Shown here piece by piece: positions 61,207 through 64,000 of a stretch of DNA of 64,000 nt. Positions within the stretch are counted from its first letter, which is position 1; each line of letters opens with the position of its first letter. Below the pieces are notes generated by a model. It worked only from the letters and a program-made list of their open reading frames with translations, searched no databases and had not been told where the DNA came from. The translations under genes and the position numbers were made by a program. This DNA comes from a virus, in IMG/VR virus record IMGVR_UViG_3300023223_000630, positions 1-64,000 of that record, one strand, 5' to 3'.

Positions 61207-61784
61207 TGGTCAGCCATGGCATCAGCTATTCCCTGAAATGTCCTGCTTCTAATCTTCCACCTGTCCTTTCCGGGCGGTGTGTAATGTATTCTCTGTGAGA
61301 TGTTCTTTGGAAGTTTTTTCATTTCCTCTTTAACATCATTTGTAGGTATCAGTTTTGGAAGGTTCTTTAGCCATAAACATGTTGCTTTTCTTTCCAAGTG
61401 TCCGAACTGATATGGTTGGATTATTTGTGTGTATTTCCCGATATTATTTCGGGCATACTTGTGAGGGATTGGATTCTCAAGACATATTTTTTCTATTGGT
61501 GCTTTCTTTAGCTTGTTGAAAAACTCGCACGCATGATCCAGTTTTCCCCATCTTGACTCATCCTTGTGCAGCCAGCATACTCCAGAATTTGCCATGTATG
61601 TACAGTCGGGATGTCCTATCATCATGTCCCAATTTTCATTCAAATGATTTAACACATCATCTTTAATATGCCAGTTTGGATTCCCCTCAGTATCTAAAAT
61701 ATCACATGAATATGCATCATGACCTATTTTTCTAAATGCCTTTGTTACAACCTGTGAAAACTCACAGGCTACTAAAACCTTCAT
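61188..61784 (-). CDS. DNA methyltransferase-like protein (phage ACEFS.../PxCT family), tentative
   Basis: MKVLVACEFSQVVTKAFRKIGHDAYSCDI and MIGHPDCTYMANSG resemble motif I and the PC motif of a phage cytosine-methylase-like family; from memory, not checked. Confidence 0.45.
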   Translation of the reverse strand: MKVLVACEFSQVVTKAFRKIGHDAYSCDILDTEGNPNWHIKDDVLNHLNENWDMMIGHPDCTYMANSGVCWLHKDESRWGKLDHACEFFNKLKKAPIEKICLENPIPHKYARNNIGKYTQIIQPYQFGHLERKATCLWLKNLPKLIPTNDVKEEMKKLPKNISQRIHYTPPGKDRWKIRSRTFQGIADAMADQWGMIL

Positions 61785-61952
61785 ATCATGTATAATCTGT
61801 ATTACCCATATAAGTGTAGTAAGATTCTTTAATTGAAAAAAAGATAGCCCCGATTTGGGGGCATATTGTTAAACAGTTTAGATTGAACTAAGACTGGTTA
61901 ACGCCTAAAGTAGCTCTGACTTGTTTGTACAATATTGAAACGATATAAAAAG

Positions 61953-62177
61953 TTATACTACTCTTGTTTCCTGGAATTTAATTGGTGCTGTGACAATACG
62001 CCACATGTGTTGATCATACCTTCTATGATTAATAGTAATAGATTCTCTTATTACTTTATATTTTATATCAGTTACCATTGTATCTTTAGAGAGTGCAGCA
62101 ATTGATTTGAGTAACTCTTCATTTGGGGATTTGTCTTTATCATTTAATTCCTTCCCGGTGATCATAATATTTACCAT
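61953..62177 (-). CDS. hypothetical protein (74 aa)
   Basis: Track ORF with a promoter-like AT tract upstream. Confidence 0.4.
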   Translation of the reverse strand: MVNIMITGKELNDKDKSPNEELLKSIAALSKDTMVTDIKYKVIRESITINHRRYDQHMWRIVTAPIKFQETRVV

Positions 62178-62320
62178 TATACTACTATAGTAGTATCATA
62201 GTATGCAGTATAAAAAGGTTAAGACCAACAGTCGTCACTAAGATCTTATTGTTGGCTTAAAGCCAAACAGTGAGTCATTATTGGCATATGAAATTAATAC
62301 TATTTTATGTTATATATACT

Positions 62321-62809
62321 TTAATCTTTTACAGGTGTACCGCCTAGACCAGTTTCTTCAGGTAGTACATCTTTTTGTTTACGATATAAAAATGATATTA
62401 AATTACTAATTTTTGTTTTGGTTAGTTTTACTGCTTTGAGTGTTGCCTTACTTTTGTGACTCGTTTCTTTTAGTTTCTTTATGAAATATTCATCATCTAC
62501 TGCTGAAGATATACCCATTTCATTTTTAACAGATTCCAATTGTTCGTCACTAAATGATACATTGGATTCTCCAGGAGATAATTTTTCTAATTTTTCTTCT
62601 AGGATAGATATTTGTAATGTTAAGGATTGTACAGTATCCGGCTTTTTTGCTTGTTCCTTTACATTTGGTGCATTAACCATGTTATTATGTAATATATTCA
62701 TATTACCGTTATAGATGTTTAAAAGATCCCTGACTGTAAAATATTTCTCTTTATATGATGATATGACACTTCTTAGATTTTTCATTAATATGTGACCTTT
62801 CATATCCAT
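62321..62809 (-). CDS. hypothetical protein (162 aa)
   Basis: Track ORF. Confidence 0.5.
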   Translation of the reverse strand: MDMKGHILMKNLRSVISSYKEKYFTVRDLLNIYNGNMNILHNNMVNAPNVKEQAKKPDTVQSLTLQISILEEKLEKLSPGESNVSFSDEQLESVKNEMGISSAVDDEYFIKKLKETSHKSKATLKAVKLTKTKISNLISFLYRKQKDVLPEETGLGGTPVKD

Positions 62810-63012
62810 TATACAGCACTATTCATATGTGATGTATTTAAATCTTTTAATCTGGATAATACACAACCTCCCCCGAAACCACATGAATTACAATGGATTA
62901 AAATTTCTTGTATTGTAAGATTCTCCATATCATTTGAAGGTTTTTCCGGCCACGATTGTATCATAATATTATCACTTTCACATTTCAAACATACACGTTT
63001 CCCGGGATTCAT
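62809..63012 (-). CDS. zinc-ribbon mini-protein (67 aa)
   Basis: CLKC....CNSC. Confidence 0.45.
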   Translation of the reverse strand: MNPGKRVCLKCESDNIMIQSWPEKPSNDMENLTIQEILIHCNSCGFGGGCVLSRLKDLNTSHMNSAV

Positions 63013-63079
63013 TACACCATACCATAATGTAATAGTAGAATATAAATCATTTCTTTTATATAAGTAAGTATTTAATACA

Positions 63080-63397
63080 ATGGGTATGGAGATTGAGTAT
63101 AATATTAAATTGATTTTAGGCAGTATTGCAATTATAGGAACAATTGTAGGTGCTTTAAAATACCTCTACAAGCGGGGTAAAAAAGAACAGTCTGAAGAAA
63201 ATAGAATTGATAATATTATAGATATCATAGAAAGACTGGAAACTAACATAAATGTCTGGAGGGATGACGTTAAAAAAGAAATTGAAGAAGAAACAAAAAA
63301 AGCTCACACACAGCATACCAAACTTTTTGAGAAATTACAAGAATTATCAGATGAGATATCCTACATCAAGGGTCGGTTTGATCAATCCATTCATTGA
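63080..63397 (+). CDS. membrane-anchored coiled-coil protein (105 aa)
   Basis: N-terminal TM (LILGSIAIIGTIVGAL), then a charged helix. Confidence 0.45.
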   Translation: MGMEIEYNIKLILGSIAIIGTIVGALKYLYKRGKKEQSEENRIDNIIDIIERLETNINVWRDDVKKEIEEETKKAHTQHTKLFEKLQELSDEISYIKGRFDQSIH

Positions 63398-63650
63398 TAC
63401 AATCCATAATATTATGTTCCTGATCTCCCGTGGTATCAACAATATTAGATATTTCAACATGAAAATACTCATGATCAATAACTGCTATGAATAGTGCAGC
63501 AACAAGATTATCCTTTATTATACCACTACATTTCAAATTATTACTAAAATCAGTAAATTCTTTTAGAAATATTTCAATTCCATCCCCGATACTGTCATAT
63601 TCTGCATAATTATCATTGTTATCCTTCCAGTTGAATATTATCCCTACCAT
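63366..63650 (-). CDS. hypothetical protein with HExxH motif (94 aa)
   Basis: IDHEYFHVE; otherwise unrecognised. Confidence 0.4.
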   Translation of the reverse strand: MVGIIFNWKDNNDNYAEYDSIGDGIEIFLKEFTDFSNNLKCSGIIKDNLVAALFIAVIDHEYFHVEISNIVDTTGDQEHNIMDCINEWIDQTDP

Positions 63651-63689
63651 GGTACAAATACAACATTTGGACTAATATTGTTTAATTCC

Positions 63690-63700
63690 TGATCGCAAAA
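63690..63700. repeat. direct repeat TGATCGCAAAA (left copy)
   Basis: Identical 11-mer at 63967-63977. Confidence 0.6.
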
Positions 63701-63734
63701 CGTCTTTTTTTGAAAGAAATAATAAAACAAAAAA

Positions 63735-63761
63735 TATTTTTGTATATATCACTATATACGT
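63735..63761. repeat. 27-bp perfect inverted repeat, left arm
   Basis: TATTTTTGTATATATCACTATATACGT; exact reverse complement at 63896-63922; coordinates cross-checked against the track ORF 63710-63958. Confidence 0.85.
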
Positions 63762-63895
63762 TTAAGAAAAGAGTATATACAAAGTATGTCTTTCCTTATA
63801 TCTCTTGTTATATATTGTTATTGTGTTTTAATATAATCTCCCATTTACATTCCCATTGTTTGATATTTAAATCTTTATATATACTAATTTACTAT

Positions 63896-63922
63896 ACGTA
63901 TATAGTGATATATACAAAAATA
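63896..63922. repeat. 27-bp perfect inverted repeat, right arm
   Basis: ACGTATATAGTGATATATACAAAAATA. Confidence 0.85.
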
Positions 63923-63966
63923 AAAACACACTTTGATCCATGTAAAATATTATTATAATTCTTTTG

Positions 63967-63977
63967 TGATCGCAAAA
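63967..63977. repeat. direct repeat TGATCGCAAAA (right copy)
   Basis: Identical to 63690-63700. Confidence 0.6.
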
Positions 63978-64000
63978 TCACTTGATAAAGTAAAAAATAC

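Noticed and set aside
63710-63958. 82-aa plus-strand ORF with a TTG start
   Set aside because: Its Tyr/Ile/Leu low-complexity translation spans both arms of the 27-bp inverted repeat, so it is most likely non-coding DNA.

Overview
This visibly AT-rich 64-kb window reads as most of the genome of an archaeal head-tailed virus (HK97-type, siphovirus-like). The most likely host is a marine ammonia-oxidising thaumarchaeon. That is an inference from the archaeal-type RadA, MCM and Hjc-like genes, the TATA/BRE-like boxes 20-30 nt before start codons, and the base composition. I saw no integrase, att duplication, rRNA, CRISPR array or cellular housekeeping gene, so I treat the whole window as viral.

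nt 1-42,000 is almost entirely plus-strand. It carries RadA and the head genes (portal, prohead protease, scaffold, major capsid protein). Next come head-associated NHL-propeller and 1118-aa fibre-like proteins. The tail genes follow: adaptor and neck genes, major tail protein, a tail chaperone with a -1 frameshift site, tape measure, and distal-tail and baseplate-like proteins. After these are the terminase, a nuclease, a phosphoesterase and a Dam-like methylase. The arm ends with a second structural block, a PrimPol-MCM fusion replicase, an Hjc-like resolvase and a cassette of overlapping mini-ORFs.

The two arms converge on a tRNA-Phe-like gene at 42.1 kb. nt 42,800-63,650 is mostly minus-strand. 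It carries exported proteins including an S1 serine protease, and many small unknown genes in ATGA-overlapping operons. It also holds a second atypical tRNA-like gene, an IS6-family transposase, more HNH nucleases, a GNAT and a second methylase-like gene. Several gene-free stretches there are repeat-rich, notably a motif array at 59.3-60.0 kb and a 27-bp inverted repeat at 63.7-63.98 kb.

All functional calls come from motif recognition by eye plus gene order. None has been verified by a database search.
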